From a bacterium (lineage in GTDB: Bacteria > Patescibacteriota > Minisyncoccia > Phycocordibacterales > JAKEFN01), in the NCBI GenBank assembly GCA_022616085.1, contig JAKEFN010000085.1:1-25685 (forward strand): 25,685 nt of DNA, read 5' to 3'. This document shows positions 1-7,985 of the stretch, one piece after another. The notes below the pieces were generated by a model. The model saw only the letters and a program-made list of their open reading frames with translations, ran no database searches and was not told the DNA's origin. The stretch's first letter is position 1, and every line of letters starts with the position of its first letter. A program made the position numbers and the translations under genes.

Positions 1-27
1 CATTATTTATAGAGAATGTCAAACAAA

Positions 28-52
28 AAAACCGGACATTTTTATATCCGGA
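28..52 (-). terminator. Putative rho-independent terminator downstream of the flotillin gene (short TCCGGA stem, 10-nt loop, T7 run on minus strand)
   Basis: Minus-strand reading: TCCGGA-TATAAAAATG-TCCGG followed by TTTTTTT immediately after the stop of the 67..1452 gene. Confidence 0.45.
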
Positions 53-66
53 TGGTCTTATACAAA

Positions 67-1452
67 TTAACTTTTTGACGACGGGTCGGCAGATTCAACA
101 CTGGTTGTCTCGGTCTCGCCTTCAACAATTACGGGTTCGTCATGAACGCCGAGTTTCCCAAGGACGACTTTGCCAAGCGGCATCTGCGCGAATGCTTCCA
201 CCATGGCGCCAAGGTCTGTCCCGCCTGTTGAGCTAAACAAATCCATGACGCTCCGCACCCCGTCAACCGGTTTTGCCGTGTTAGCAATAACCTTAATCTG
301 TGCGACCTGCAAGGCCTTTGCTTGTTCGCCGCCGACGACGATATAGGCCTTAATGCCCTCAATCATTGCGAGATACTGCTGGTAACCGGCATTGGATCCG
401 ATCTCCTTTGCTAGCTCAATCTGCGCCTGCACCGGAGCAAGCTGCATCGCCTTCTCGGCGTCAGCTTTTGCATTACCGAGAAATCTTATACCCTCGGCCT
501 CTCTCTGTTTCTCCGTAAGCATACCGTCCGCTTTGATGACGCGGGTCTGCTTGTCCTGCTCAGCGGCAACAACCTGCTGATCCTTTGTGATCTCGGCTTG
601 CCGTACTTGCTCTACACGTTTTACCGCCATATCGCGTTCCCGTGTCTCTTTTTGTTGAACCAAAACCTCCTGTTGAGACTGTTGCTGTGCGATACCGACC
701 GCTTGTTCTTTTGCCGCGGTGCGCTGTCCCACAATTTGTTCCGCCTCTTGACGCCTCACGTCAACAGCCTGCTTTGCTTCAATTTCAGCCGTTTCAGCCG
801 ACTTCATGTTCGCCGCAACCGTGCTTCGGCTTTCCATCTCAATGTGAGATGTTTTTTTCGCCATAATATTCACGATTACATGACTTCCGTGTGTATCGCG
901 AATATCCATGAGCTCCATGGACTTGACCGATCCAACACCCCACTCCTCAAGCTGTTCGCGAACCTCGTTCGTAAACTGTTCTCCGAATTTGGCGCGTTCC
1001 AACATGATTTGGTCAATTACATCAGACGCAAGGACCTTACGGACCGCGCCCTGGACGATTTGCATAAGCTGGTTTTCCAGTTCAGCCGTATTTTCCACTC
1101 TTTGCGCCGCAATATCCGTGTTAATGATTCGGAAGAAGGCGGTCACATCTACCATAAACGGCACGCGATCGCGATCATACGCTTCATATCCCTTGAGCGA
1201 CAAGTCAAAGTTGCTCACCGGCAACTTGATTACTGTAACGCCGAAGTACGGAATCCAGCTCGGCCATTGGTAGTAAACGTTTCCTGAACCTTGATTGGTC
1301 CCAAACGAAATAGTCTTCCGCTTGTATTGCACGATATGGACCATATTGGTCGGGACCACGCGGCGATAAAATACAGCCGCAAACAAGACAAGAATGGCTA
1401 GAACAACAAAAAACGGAACGGCAAACTTCAAAAGAGCAATTATAAAGCCCAT
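67..1452 (-). CDS. Flotillin-like SPFH/band-7 domain membrane scaffold protein (N-terminal TM helix, SPFH domain, long Glu/Ala/Gln-rich coiled-coil flotillin region)
   Basis: 461-aa ORF. N-terminal hydrophobic segment FIIALLKFAVPFFVVLAILVLFAAVF. SPFH-like core, then EA/Q-rich heptad region typical of YqiK/FloT-type flotillins. Strong SD GGAGGA 6 nt upstream of ATG at 1452. Confidence 0.85.
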   Translation of the reverse strand: MGFIIALLKFAVPFFVVLAILVLFAAVFYRRVVPTNMVHIVQYKRKTISFGTNQGSGNVYYQWPSWIPYFGVTVIKLPVSNFDLSLKGYEAYDRDRVPFMVDVTAFFRIINTDIAAQRVENTAELENQLMQIVQGAVRKVLASDVIDQIMLERAKFGEQFTNEVREQLEEWGVGSVKSMELMDIRDTHGSHVIVNIMAKKTSHIEMESRSTVAANMKSAETAEIEAKQAVDVRRQEAEQIVGQRTAAKEQAVGIAQQQSQQEVLVQQKETRERDMAVKRVEQVRQAEITKDQQVVAAEQDKQTRVIKADGMLTEKQREAEGIRFLGNAKADAEKAMQLAPVQAQIELAKEIGSNAGYQQYLAMIEGIKAYIVVGGEQAKALQVAQIKVIANTAKPVDGVRSVMDLFSSTGGTDLGAMVEAFAQMPLGKVVLGKLGVHDEPVIVEGETETTSVESADPSSKS

Positions 1453-1493
1453 AATTTCCTCCTATCAAGGAATACACCTTCCTCAGCGAAATA

Positions 1494-1522
1494 TATAATA
1501 TACAAAATATAATATTCGTCAA
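1494..1522 (-). promoter_or_regulatory. Putative sigma70 promoter for the flotillin gene (TTGACG-16/17-TATTAT on minus strand)
   Basis: Minus-strand TTGACG (plus-strand coordinates 1517-1522) followed at 16-17 nt by TATTAT/ATTATA in an AT-rich block, about 35 nt upstream of the SD. Confidence 0.4.
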
Positions 1523-1529
1523 GCGACAA

Positions 1530-1556
1530 AAAAACCCGAGCGCGTGCCCGGGTGTT
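1530..1556 (-). terminator. Rho-independent terminator for the acyl-CoA synthetase gene
   Basis: Minus strand CCCGGG-CACGCG-CTCGGG hairpin (one G-U pair) followed by TTTTTTT, 12 nt after the stop at 1569. Confidence 0.6.
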
Positions 1557-1568
1557 TAATTGTATGTA

Positions 1569-3353
1569 TCATTCTTTTTCTTTCTTTTTTCTTTCAAGGA
1601 TTTCCATGTGATGCTTCGCGGCTTGAATATCACGGTAAAATTGCTTAACTTTCCGTTTGAGAACCTTCCCCATGGGATCCACCCATTCGGCAAACGTCTT
1701 GAGAGGAACAATATATACTTCGCGCGGGCGCCAAAGGTGATTCGGGTACTCAAGGCGCATGACGTCTTGAGACAATTTCTCCACCGATTCATCCAAAGTT
1801 TTATCTGATGGGACAGCAAACAAAACGAGTGCTTCGCCACGCTTCGGGTCGGGAACGCCCGCGACGGCGCACTTCGAGGCCAAGCCCGTGCCGATGACGA
1901 ACTCCTCGACTTGCCGCGGATAGACGTTTTCGGAAAAAATTTTCGCCATGTCTTTCTTACGGTCGGTAATATAGAGAAATCCATCCTCGTCCATGCGCCC
2001 GATATCGCCGGTATAAAGTTTCCCGTTGCGAAGAACTTCCTTCGAAGCTTCTTCGTTTCGGAAGTATCCCTGCATGACCGACTCGCCCGACACGACAATC
2101 TCCCCTTCCTCGTTCACGCCGCGCGGCAGGCCGGTATCAACATCAGTTATTTCAACCGTGATCCCGGGAATTGGTCTCCCGACGCTCCCCTGCTTGTTTT
2201 CATCGGGAAGAAGCACGGACACAACGGGTGAATTTTCGGAGAGGCCGTAACCGCCGCCGACTTTCGCATTTGTTTTTTGTTCAAATGTTTCTTTGGCGGA
2301 TGGATCAAGCGGGCCCGCGCCGTAAAAGCAGAACCGAAGCGATGACAGATTATATTTGGAAGGATCCGCCGCCGCGAGAGCGACAAAAATCGCATTGACT
2401 CCCGGAAGAATCGCGATTTTTTCATGCTCTATTTTCCGGAATATTTCTTTGGCATCTATCCGCTTCTGCAAAACATGGAGAACAAATTTTCCATGAAGCG
2501 ATAAAAGCGTCAGATTCATGCAGAAAATCCCGAACGAATGATAGAGCGGGAGGATCCCTAACACCGCATCGCCTTCCTTCAGATAATCGCGGAGGTGTTC
2601 CCTGCATGCCAATATGTTTTCAATGACATTTCGATGGGTGAGCATGGCACCCTTCCGCGTTCCGGTCGTACCGCCCGTGAATTGGATTTGGGCGATGCTA
2701 TCGGGATTGGCTTTCATCGCGCCGCTCACATGCGGGTTATTCTCCTTGAGAAGATGCGCCGTAGTAAGCACGGCATGATTATCGCCCCATTCTTCCTTTA
2801 CCGTAACATGCCTCCCGTGCATAAGAGCAAAGGCGGGATATACCACCTTCTTCCACACAGGAAGCGTTTCAGAGGGGCTTGTCACCAAAATGACTTTTCC
2901 AGAAAGATCTCGCTCCTCCATTTGAGCAACAAGCGGATACAAAAAGTCCGCGACAACAATGACCTCGAAGTCAGCAACTCTAAGCTCATCGCGCATCTCG
3001 GGGGGAAGATCTATTTTATTGACCTTCGTTCCTGAACGCAAAGCAGAAAAAATGCTTGTGAGGCTTATGGCGACCGGTATGCACCCAAGCTGAAGCGCTC
3101 CGTAATACGCAAAGACAAACTGCGGGATGTTCGGCATAAGGATCGCAATCCGCGTGCCGGAAATCGCCCCTTTTTCCCGCTTCCGCTCGAATGACTTCCG
3201 CAAAACGGATTCAAGCATATTTTTATACTTTTCCACCTCCTTCCAAAGCTCTTGATACGAAAACGTATGCCCTTCAAACTCCAAAGCGGGAGCATGGGGG
3301 TTCTTCTTCACCGCCTCTTCAAGCAAAACCGGAATGGTAAGATTATTATTCAA
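1569..3353 (-). CDS. AMP-dependent (ANL superfamily) acyl-CoA synthetase, long-chain-fatty-acid--CoA ligase-like
   Basis: Adenylate-forming core motifs: TGGTTGTRKGAMLTH (P-loop/A3), GYGLSE (A5), YTGDIG (A7), ITDRKKDMAKIFSENVYPRQVEE (A8). The six-frame ORF runs to 3995, but the upper part overlaps the MBL gene on the other strand. The likely real start is TTG at 3353, preceded by AGGAGG (3361-3366) with a 7-nt spacer, giving about 595 aa. The start is the uncertain part. Confidence 0.8.
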   Translation of the reverse strand: MNNNLTIPVLLEEAVKKNPHAPALEFEGHTFSYQELWKEVEKYKNMLESVLRKSFERKREKGAISGTRIAILMPNIPQFVFAYYGALQLGCIPVAISLTSIFSALRSGTKVNKIDLPPEMRDELRVADFEVIVVADFLYPLVAQMEERDLSGKVILVTSPSETLPVWKKVVYPAFALMHGRHVTVKEEWGDNHAVLTTAHLLKENNPHVSGAMKANPDSIAQIQFTGGTTGTRKGAMLTHRNVIENILACREHLRDYLKEGDAVLGILPLYHSFGIFCMNLTLLSLHGKFVLHVLQKRIDAKEIFRKIEHEKIAILPGVNAIFVALAAADPSKYNLSSLRFCFYGAGPLDPSAKETFEQKTNAKVGGGYGLSENSPVVSVLLPDENKQGSVGRPIPGITVEITDVDTGLPRGVNEEGEIVVSGESVMQGYFRNEEASKEVLRNGKLYTGDIGRMDEDGFLYITDRKKDMAKIFSENVYPRQVEEFVIGTGLASKCAVAGVPDPKRGEALVLFAVPSDKTLDESVEKLSQDVMRLEYPNHLWRPREVYIVPLKTFAEWVDPMGKVLKRKVKQFYRDIQAAKHHMEILERKKKEKE

Positions 3354-3421
3354 TGATCTGCCTCCTCGTTTCTCACTGACTTCCGCGACAATAACACATA
3401 TTTGGAAAAAAGTATACTTTT

Positions 3422-3450
3422 TTGACACAAGAGCGAGCCGAACGTATGAT
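3422..3450 (+). promoter_or_regulatory. Near-consensus sigma70 promoter TTGACA-17-TATGAT for the MBL hydrolase gene
   Basis: TTGACA at 3422-3427, 17-nt spacer, TATGAT at 3445-3450. The predicted TSS is about 3457, so the ATG at 3462 would be leaderless and the ATG at 3477 would have a 20-nt leader. Confidence 0.6.
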
Positions 3451-3476
3451 ACTATGGGTATATGGTGGAAAATGAG

Positions 3477-4151
3477 ATGAACAAAATTGAAATCAAGCAA
3501 TTTCGCTCTGGAGAGGGATGCCTCTCGTATATCGTCTATTCGCCGGAAACGAAGGAAGCCGCCGCGATTGATATTACACGGGGAATCGGAGAGGACGTAA
3601 CCGCATTTCTCGCGGAACAGAAGCTCTCGCTCATATATATCTTTGAAACCCATACGCATGCGGATCATTTTTCGTTCGCCCGCGAGCTCCAAGAAAAAAC
3701 CGGCGCGAAAATATATATGTACGAAAAAGCGGGAAGCAGGGCAAAAGATATGGCGCTCAAAGGAGGCGAAGAACTTCCGCTTGGAAATACCGCTATCAAA
3801 ATCTTGCATACGCCCGGCCATGCGCCGGACGCGATAACGCTTTTTGTTGATGGTTCCGTCTTTACTGGCGATACCATTCTTATCGGCGGAACCGGCCGAA
3901 CAGATCTCGCGGGCGGAAATAGCCTTGAACTCTACACAAGCATTCGAAAAATTCTTGAAATATGCCCCGACGAAACAACCATCTACCCGGGCCATGATTA
4001 CAAAGGACGCGTCTCATCCGTAATCGAAGAGGAAAAAAAGAATAATCCGCGCCTGCCTCTCTCGGAAGACGAATTCGTGCGTCTTATGGACGCATATCGC
4101 CCCCCTCTTCCGAAATTATTTGATGAAGCTATAAAAGAAAATACCCGTTAA
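3477..4151 (+). CDS. Metallo-beta-lactamase-fold hydrolase, glyoxalase II / persulfide dioxygenase (ETHE1)-like
   Basis: THTHADH metal-binding motif, HTPGH, a downstream Asp/His ligand pattern (GDTIL, PGHDY). N-terminus IEIKQF aligns with the start of GloB/ETHE1-like proteins. An alternative start at ATG 3462 would add 5 aa. Confidence 0.8.
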   Translation: MNKIEIKQFRSGEGCLSYIVYSPETKEAAAIDITRGIGEDVTAFLAEQKLSLIYIFETHTHADHFSFARELQEKTGAKIYMYEKAGSRAKDMALKGGEELPLGNTAIKILHTPGHAPDAITLFVDGSVFTGDTILIGGTGRTDLAGGNSLELYTSIRKILEICPDETTIYPGHDYKGRVSSVIEEEKKNNPRLPLSEDEFVRLMDAYRPPLPKLFDEAIKENTR

Positions 4152-4153
4152 AC

Positions 4154-4182
4154 TTGACAAAAAATATATAAACGGTATTCTA
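4154..4182 (+). promoter_or_regulatory. Putative promoter (TTGACA with weak -10 TATTCT) for the 4213 gene
   Basis: TTGACA at 4154-4159, then 16-17 nt to TATTCT/ATTCTA. A GAGGG SD lies 7 nt before the ATG at 4213. Confidence 0.35.
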
Positions 4183-4212
4183 GAAAAGAATTTTATAAAT
4201 GAGGGCGCGTTA

Positions 4213-4521
4213 ATGGAAGCAACGGGGGAAGACCCTGACGAACCAGACTCTCTGCAGATAATAAGATATCGAATCTATACCATCGGCGGAATCGATATGT
4301 TCGCCGATCGAATTATTTTTGGATGCGCGGGACAGTGCGTCCTGCCGTTCCCGAATCACGGGACAAATCCTATGTATAAAAAAGGAAATATATTTTATGC
4401 ATGGGACGAGGAAGTGTCGCTCCTCACCCTGATCGGATTAAAATCAGACGAGGAGAAAATCCTTAAGATAATAATTCGCCTCCGCGAGGCGAACATGATA
4501 AGAAAAGAAGAAAATTTCTGA
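4213..4521 (+). CDS. Hypothetical protein (102 aa), monocistronic with its own promoter-like sequence and terminator
   Basis: ORF with SD GAGGG upstream, non-repetitive composition, and an intrinsic terminator immediately after the stop. No family recognised. Confidence 0.5.
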   Translation: MEATGEDPDEPDSLQIIRYRIYTIGGIDMFADRIIFGCAGQCVLPFPNHGTNPMYKKGNIFYAWDEEVSLLTLIGLKSDEEKILKIIIRLREANMIRKEENF

Positions 4522-4545
4522 CCGCGCCTAGCCGCGGTTTTTTTT
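4521..4545 (+). terminator. Rho-independent terminator (ACCGCG-CCTAGC-CGCGGT + T7)
   Basis: 6-bp GC stem with a 6-nt loop followed by TTTTTTT, directly after the stop codon at 4519-4521. Confidence 0.65.
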
Positions 4546-4665
4546 AGGACTTATGCGTTTGGATGAGATGCGCGAAGCGACCGAGCACCGAACCGAAACG
4601 TATCATGATATTGTGAGGGAGGAGCGTAGGGAGCGACAAAGCAGGTCGCCAAACGCATAAGTCCT
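4546..4665. repeat. 120-bp element bounded by perfect 17-bp terminal inverted repeats (AGGACTTATGCGTTTGG ... CCAAACGCATAAGTCCT). It could form a long imperfect hairpin. Candidate MITE-like element or structured RNA
   Basis: The arms at 4546-4562 and 4649-4665 are exact reverse complements. An inner stem (GCGACC 4577-4582 with GGTCGC 4644-4649) lies next to the right arm. The right arm overlaps the msrB stop codon (4664-4666) by 2 nt. Confidence 0.55.
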
Positions 4666-5041
4666 ACTTTTCAAAACAAAGCGATGCCGAGTTTATGCAA
4701 TATCGCTTTCCTCCCGCGTCTTTCGGCCCGTCGTCAAAGACATGCCCCAGATGAGCCCCGCACTTCTTGCATGACACCTCGATACGCTCCATACCGAAGG
4801 AACGATCAGACGTAAGCGTCACATTCTCGCGGTTTGCCGGTCCCGTGAACGACGGCCACCCCGTGCCGGAATCAAATTTTGTATCCGAGGAGAAAAGCAT
4901 CGCCCCGCACGCGCGGCACATATAGCTCCCTTTCTCGTGCATATTCCAATACTTTCCGCTAAATGGCGTCTCCGTCCCTTTTTCTCTGATTATATGATGC
5001 TCCTGCCGTGTGAGTTCTGCGCCGGTTTTCTCGTCTTTCAT
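4664..5041 (-). CDS. msrB: Peptide-methionine (R)-S-oxide reductase MsrB
   Basis: GWPSF signature, two CxxC zinc motifs (CRAC, CKKC), about 125 aa. The real start is the ATG at 5041 (MKDEKTG...); the listed ORF extends further upstream. Confidence 0.88.
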   Translation of the reverse strand: MKDEKTGAELTRQEHHIIREKGTETPFSGKYWNMHEKGSYMCRACGAMLFSSDTKFDSGTGWPSFTGPANRENVTLTSDRSFGMERIEVSCKKCGAHLGHVFDDGPKDAGGKRYCINSASLCFEK

Positions 5042-5070
5042 AATTAAAAAATAACATATATCCACGCGCG

Positions 5071-5099
5071 TTGACAACACAACTGAATAATGTAGATTC
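5071..5099 (+). promoter_or_regulatory. Putative sigma70 promoter for pstB-phoU (TTGACA-16-TAGATT)
   Basis: TTGACA at 5071-5076 and TAGATT at 5093-5098, with TG two nt upstream. About 40 nt before the GGAGA SD and the GTG start at 5137. Confidence 0.4.
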
Positions 5100-5136
5100 A
5101 ATTCAGACATGAGACCCCACATTTCGGAGAAACGCC

Positions 5137-5910
5137 GTGCGGAAACGCGAAACGATAATCTCCATCCGGAATCTCTCCATCTGGTTCGGCAAGAAGCAGG
5201 CGCTCAATAATGTTTCGCTTGACCTCTACGATAAGGAAATCACGGCGATCATCGGCGCATCGGGATGCGGCAAAAGCACGCTCCTGCGGTCACTCAACCG
5301 CATGATTGACGAAACTGCCGGCGTGCGGATCAGGAAGGAGGGCGAAATATTTTTCGGCGGCGAAGATATCATGCGGAAAAAAGATGATATTGAGAGCATT
5401 CGCGCGAGAATTGGGATGGTGTTCCAAAAGCCGAATCCGTTCCAGAAGTCAATGTATGACAATGTGGCGTGGGTTCTCAAAATGCACCGCTTCGGAGAAA
5501 CGAAAAGAGAGCTTGATCCGCTTGTCGAAAGGGCGCTCAAAGAAGCAGGTCTTTTTAACGAGATCAAAGATCGGCTTCACGAGAACGCCTATACGCTTTC
5601 GGGCGGACAACAGCAGAGGCTCTGCATTGCCCGCGCAATTGCGGTGAAGCCCGAGGCGCTTCTCATGGATGAGCCGTGCTCGGCGCTTGACCCCATTGCA
5701 ACCGCGCACATTGAGGATCTCATACAAAAGCTTAAAAAAGAGATGGCTGTCATCATTGTAACGCACAACATCGCGCAAGCGGCGCGTCTGTCGGACAGGC
5801 TTGTCTTCATGCATTTCGGAGAGATCATTGAAAAAGGGAGGACAAAGAAAATATTCAGCAACCCAAAAGATAGCCGCACTCAGGGATACATTACAGGACG
5901 ATTTGGATGA
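5137..5910 (+). CDS. pstB: Phosphate ABC transporter ATP-binding protein PstB
   Basis: Walker A GASGCGKST, ABC signature LSGGQQQRLCIARA, PstB-typical C-terminus HNIAQAARLSDRLVFMHFGEIIE. GTG start with GGAGA SD 6 nt upstream. Confidence 0.9.
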   Translation: MRKRETIISIRNLSIWFGKKQALNNVSLDLYDKEITAIIGASGCGKSTLLRSLNRMIDETAGVRIRKEGEIFFGGEDIMRKKDDIESIRARIGMVFQKPNPFQKSMYDNVAWVLKMHRFGETKRELDPLVERALKEAGLFNEIKDRLHENAYTLSGGQQQRLCIARAIAVKPEALLMDEPCSALDPIATAHIEDLIQKLKKEMAVIIVTHNIAQAARLSDRLVFMHFGEIIEKGRTKKIFSNPKDSRTQGYITGRFG

Positions 5911-5926
5911 CGAGGAAAGGAGGAAC

Positions 5927-6577
5927 ATGAAAAGATTAGATCATGTGATTGATGAGATTTCCAAGGACATAAGCGCCCTTCATAGATTGGTCGCAGATGC
6001 GGTCGAAATGAGCGTTGTTGCGATCATGGAAAAAAATACGGATATTGCGCGAACTCTGAAGGCGGGAGACTCGAAAATAAACGAACTGACCGGAAAAATT
6101 TTTCACAACTGCCTCGCGGCATTTGTCCTGTTTGCACCGAAGGCGCGCGATGCGCATTTCATCTATTCAGCGGGATTTGTCGCCTTGGATGAATTGGAAC
6201 GCATCGCGGACTATGCAAAAGGCACCGCAAAGCAGGCAAAAACTCTTCCGGCTCTTCATGGGGATCCGGCCAATAATGAGATTGCCTCAAAAATCCATGC
6301 CATGCACGAATTATGCGCGGATATGCTTAAGAGGGCGGTAGAAAGCTATCTTGCAAACGATATCGCGGTGGCGCAGGAAGTTGTCGTGGCCGACAGCGCG
6401 GTTGATAATCTTGTCGAGGAATTCAATGCGTCGGTCATAGACAACTGCGCGCATCTTTCTACGCGGGAAAAAGTTGATCTTATCAAAATATCCCATAATT
6501 TCGAACGTATAGCCGACCGCGCCACGAATGTAGCGGAAAAAACAGTCTTTGATGTCACAAGCAAACTTACCATTTAA
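5927..6577 (+). CDS. phoU: Phosphate signalling complex protein PhoU (two PhoU repeats)
   Basis: 217 aa from the ATG at 5927. AAGGAGGA SD at 5917-5924, 16 nt after the pstB stop. Duplicated PhoU-type helical repeats (...ELERIADYA..., ...FERIADRATNVAE...). Confidence 0.85.
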   Translation: MKRLDHVIDEISKDISALHRLVADAVEMSVVAIMEKNTDIARTLKAGDSKINELTGKIFHNCLAAFVLFAPKARDAHFIYSAGFVALDELERIADYAKGTAKQAKTLPALHGDPANNEIASKIHAMHELCADMLKRAVESYLANDIAVAQEVVVADSAVDNLVEEFNASVIDNCAHLSTREKVDLIKISHNFERIADRATNVAEKTVFDVTSKLTI

Positions 6578-6595
6578 TTCAGGAGGACAAAACCC

Positions 6596-6967
6596 ATGAA
6601 AATCAGCGCGACCTTTGCCGCCTTATTCATTTTGTTTTTCGCATTGAACACCCGCGCCGCGGGGACAGAAGTATTCTATTGCACGGATAAGGCGAGCTCG
6701 CTCCGGCTCGTAGAGCATGCAATCAATGCAAAAGACGAAAAAAGCATTGAATTGTTTGAGGAGTTAAAGGATGACTTTGCCAAACAAGGAATATGTAAGA
6801 CCGGGGTCATCAATTTTAAAAAATCGAGTGGGGCTTCGGAGTTCCCCGTCGAAATCAAAGAAAACGGCGAGCTTATAGGTACATTAGTGTACCTTGTCGT
6901 AGAAATTGAAACAACTGAGGGAAATACCCTCTATGTGTTTGGAGAGTCGTATAAACCCGCAGAATAA
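6596..6967 (+). CDS. Small secreted hypothetical protein (signal peptide MKISATFAALFILFFALNTRAAG)
   Basis: AGGAGG SD 8 nt upstream, N-terminal signal peptide with an AxA-like cleavage region, 123 aa. Follows phoU by 18 nt and ends at an intrinsic terminator. Confidence 0.6.
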   Translation: MKISATFAALFILFFALNTRAAGTEVFYCTDKASSLRLVEHAINAKDEKSIELFEELKDDFAKQGICKTGVINFKKSSGASEFPVEIKENGELIGTLVYLVVEIETTEGNTLYVFGESYKPAE

Positions 6968-6978
6968 TCGATCTTTCG

Positions 6979-7007
6979 AAGCCGCCCACCAAAGCGGCTT
7001 TTTTATT
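6979..7007 (+). terminator. Rho-independent terminator (AAGCCGC-loop-GCGGCTT + TTTTATT)
   Basis: 7-bp stem at 6979-6985 and 6994-7000 with a T-run at 7001-7007, directly after the 6596..6967 gene. The hairpin also abuts the stop of the convergent 7003..7860 gene. Confidence 0.7.
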
Positions 7008-7860
7008 GCCGTAGGCGAATATTCGCCCCATCGCTTTCCATAATAATTGTCCCCTCTTCATATGTGCCGAGAACGGGAATAGAGAGCGCGGCGAGCGCAT
7101 CTATAACTTCTTTATGGGGATGGCCGTAACGATTATCCTTCCCCGCCGATATAATCGCATAATCCGGGGAAACAGCCGCGAGAAATGCCTCGTCTGACGA
7201 AGTTTTTGAGCCATGATGCCCCACCTTAAGCACGTCAGAATCGAGAGAATCGTGATCTATGCCCAAAAGGTAACGTTCGATTTTTTCCGGCGAATCGCCG
7301 GTAAAAAGAAACGACGTGTCGCCATAGGTAAGCCGCGCGACAATGGAAGCATCGTTTGTTTCCAGGCCTCTCGGATCATGGTCGGGAAAAAGGATATCGA
7401 TATACGCTCCTCCGCCGAGATTGATTCGGTCTCCGCGCCGGACTTCATATGCTTGCGCGTTCTCACTTTGGACAGACGAAACAAGCGCTTCCGCCGCGCC
7501 GGTTTCTCCCGCGATGCCTGGCTCAAAAAAGCTCGCGATGTCGAATCGTTCAAATACCTCGGGAAATCCGCCGATATGATCTTCGTCCGGATGAGTTGCA
7601 ATAACAACGTCTATGGATCGGTCGTAGAACGGCATGACATTACCGAGCTCCTTCAAAACCGCCGTTCCTTTTCCCCCGTCAATAAGCATCTGATTTCCAC
7701 TCGGGGATTCAATGAAAATCGCATCTCCTTGGCCGACATCAAGAAAGGCGACGGTCATTTCCGTCTTTTCTGCCTGAATGACCGCATGCCAAATCAGACC
7801 GTTCCCGATGATAAGCGCAAAGAGCGCAACAAGGCGTATATGATTGCGGGCTGATTGCAT
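7003..7860 (-). CDS. Standalone ComEC/Rec2 C-terminal-like metallo-beta-lactamase domain protein with N-terminal signal/TM segment
   Basis: VAFLDVGQGDAIFIES...IATHPDEDHIGG... matches the ComEC-type MBL domain. The real start is likely the ATG at 7860 (MQSARNHIRLVALFALIIG...); the longer listed ORF runs through the upstream repeat array. Confidence 0.75.
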   Translation of the reverse strand: MQSARNHIRLVALFALIIGNGLIWHAVIQAEKTEMTVAFLDVGQGDAIFIESPSGNQMLIDGGKGTAVLKELGNVMPFYDRSIDVVIATHPDEDHIGGFPEVFERFDIASFFEPGIAGETGAAEALVSSVQSENAQAYEVRRGDRINLGGGAYIDILFPDHDPRGLETNDASIVARLTYGDTSFLFTGDSPEKIERYLLGIDHDSLDSDVLKVGHHGSKTSSDEAFLAAVSPDYAIISAGKDNRYGHPHKEVIDALAALSIPVLGTYEEGTIIMESDGANIRLRQ

Positions 7861-7898
7861 GAAAAAAATATAACAAAAAGGCGCGACACATGAAAGCG

Positions 7899-7969
7899 GC
7901 CAATCTTTGGACATCCCCACATCTTTGGACATCCGATGTCCAAAGATGTGGGGATGTCCAAAGATGTGG
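7899..7969. repeat. Array of four 18-bp repeats. Two are direct (CCACATCTTTGGACATCC) and two are their reverse complement (GGATGTCCAAAGATGTGG). Together they form a 25-bp central palindrome, TCTTTGGACATCCGATGTCCAAAGA, at 7922-7946
   Basis: Read directly from the sequence: units at about 7899-7916, 7917-7934, 7934-7951 and 7952-7969. A near-identical motif family recurs at 22277-22388. Confidence 0.85.
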
Positions 7970-7985
7970 GGATTGTGTGAGCGTG

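Noticed and set aside
1569-3995. 808-aa minus-strand ORF implying a much larger acyl-CoA synthetase with an N-terminal extension
   Set aside because: The upper 640 nt overlap the well-supported MBL hydrolase gene and its promoter on the plus strand. An AGGAGG-TTG start at 3353 matches the normal N-terminus of ANL ligases. The extension is most likely just an open frame in GC-balanced DNA.
4546-4665. Considered SRP (4.5S) RNA or tmRNA as the identity of the inverted-repeat element. Also considered a tmRNA-like gene within 22455-22850
   Set aside because: The conserved SRP domain IV motif (GGAA tetraloop flanked by AGCAG/CC internal-loop consensus) is not present. There is no tRNA-like acceptor/T-arm or tag-peptide reading frame ending in ALAA-type codons. 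The 22455 region has ideal protein-expression signals instead.
7899-7969. CRISPR array interpretation of the 18-bp repeats
   Set aside because: The units are directly abutting or inverted with no spacers. There are only 3-4 units per locus and no cas genes, so this is not CRISPR.
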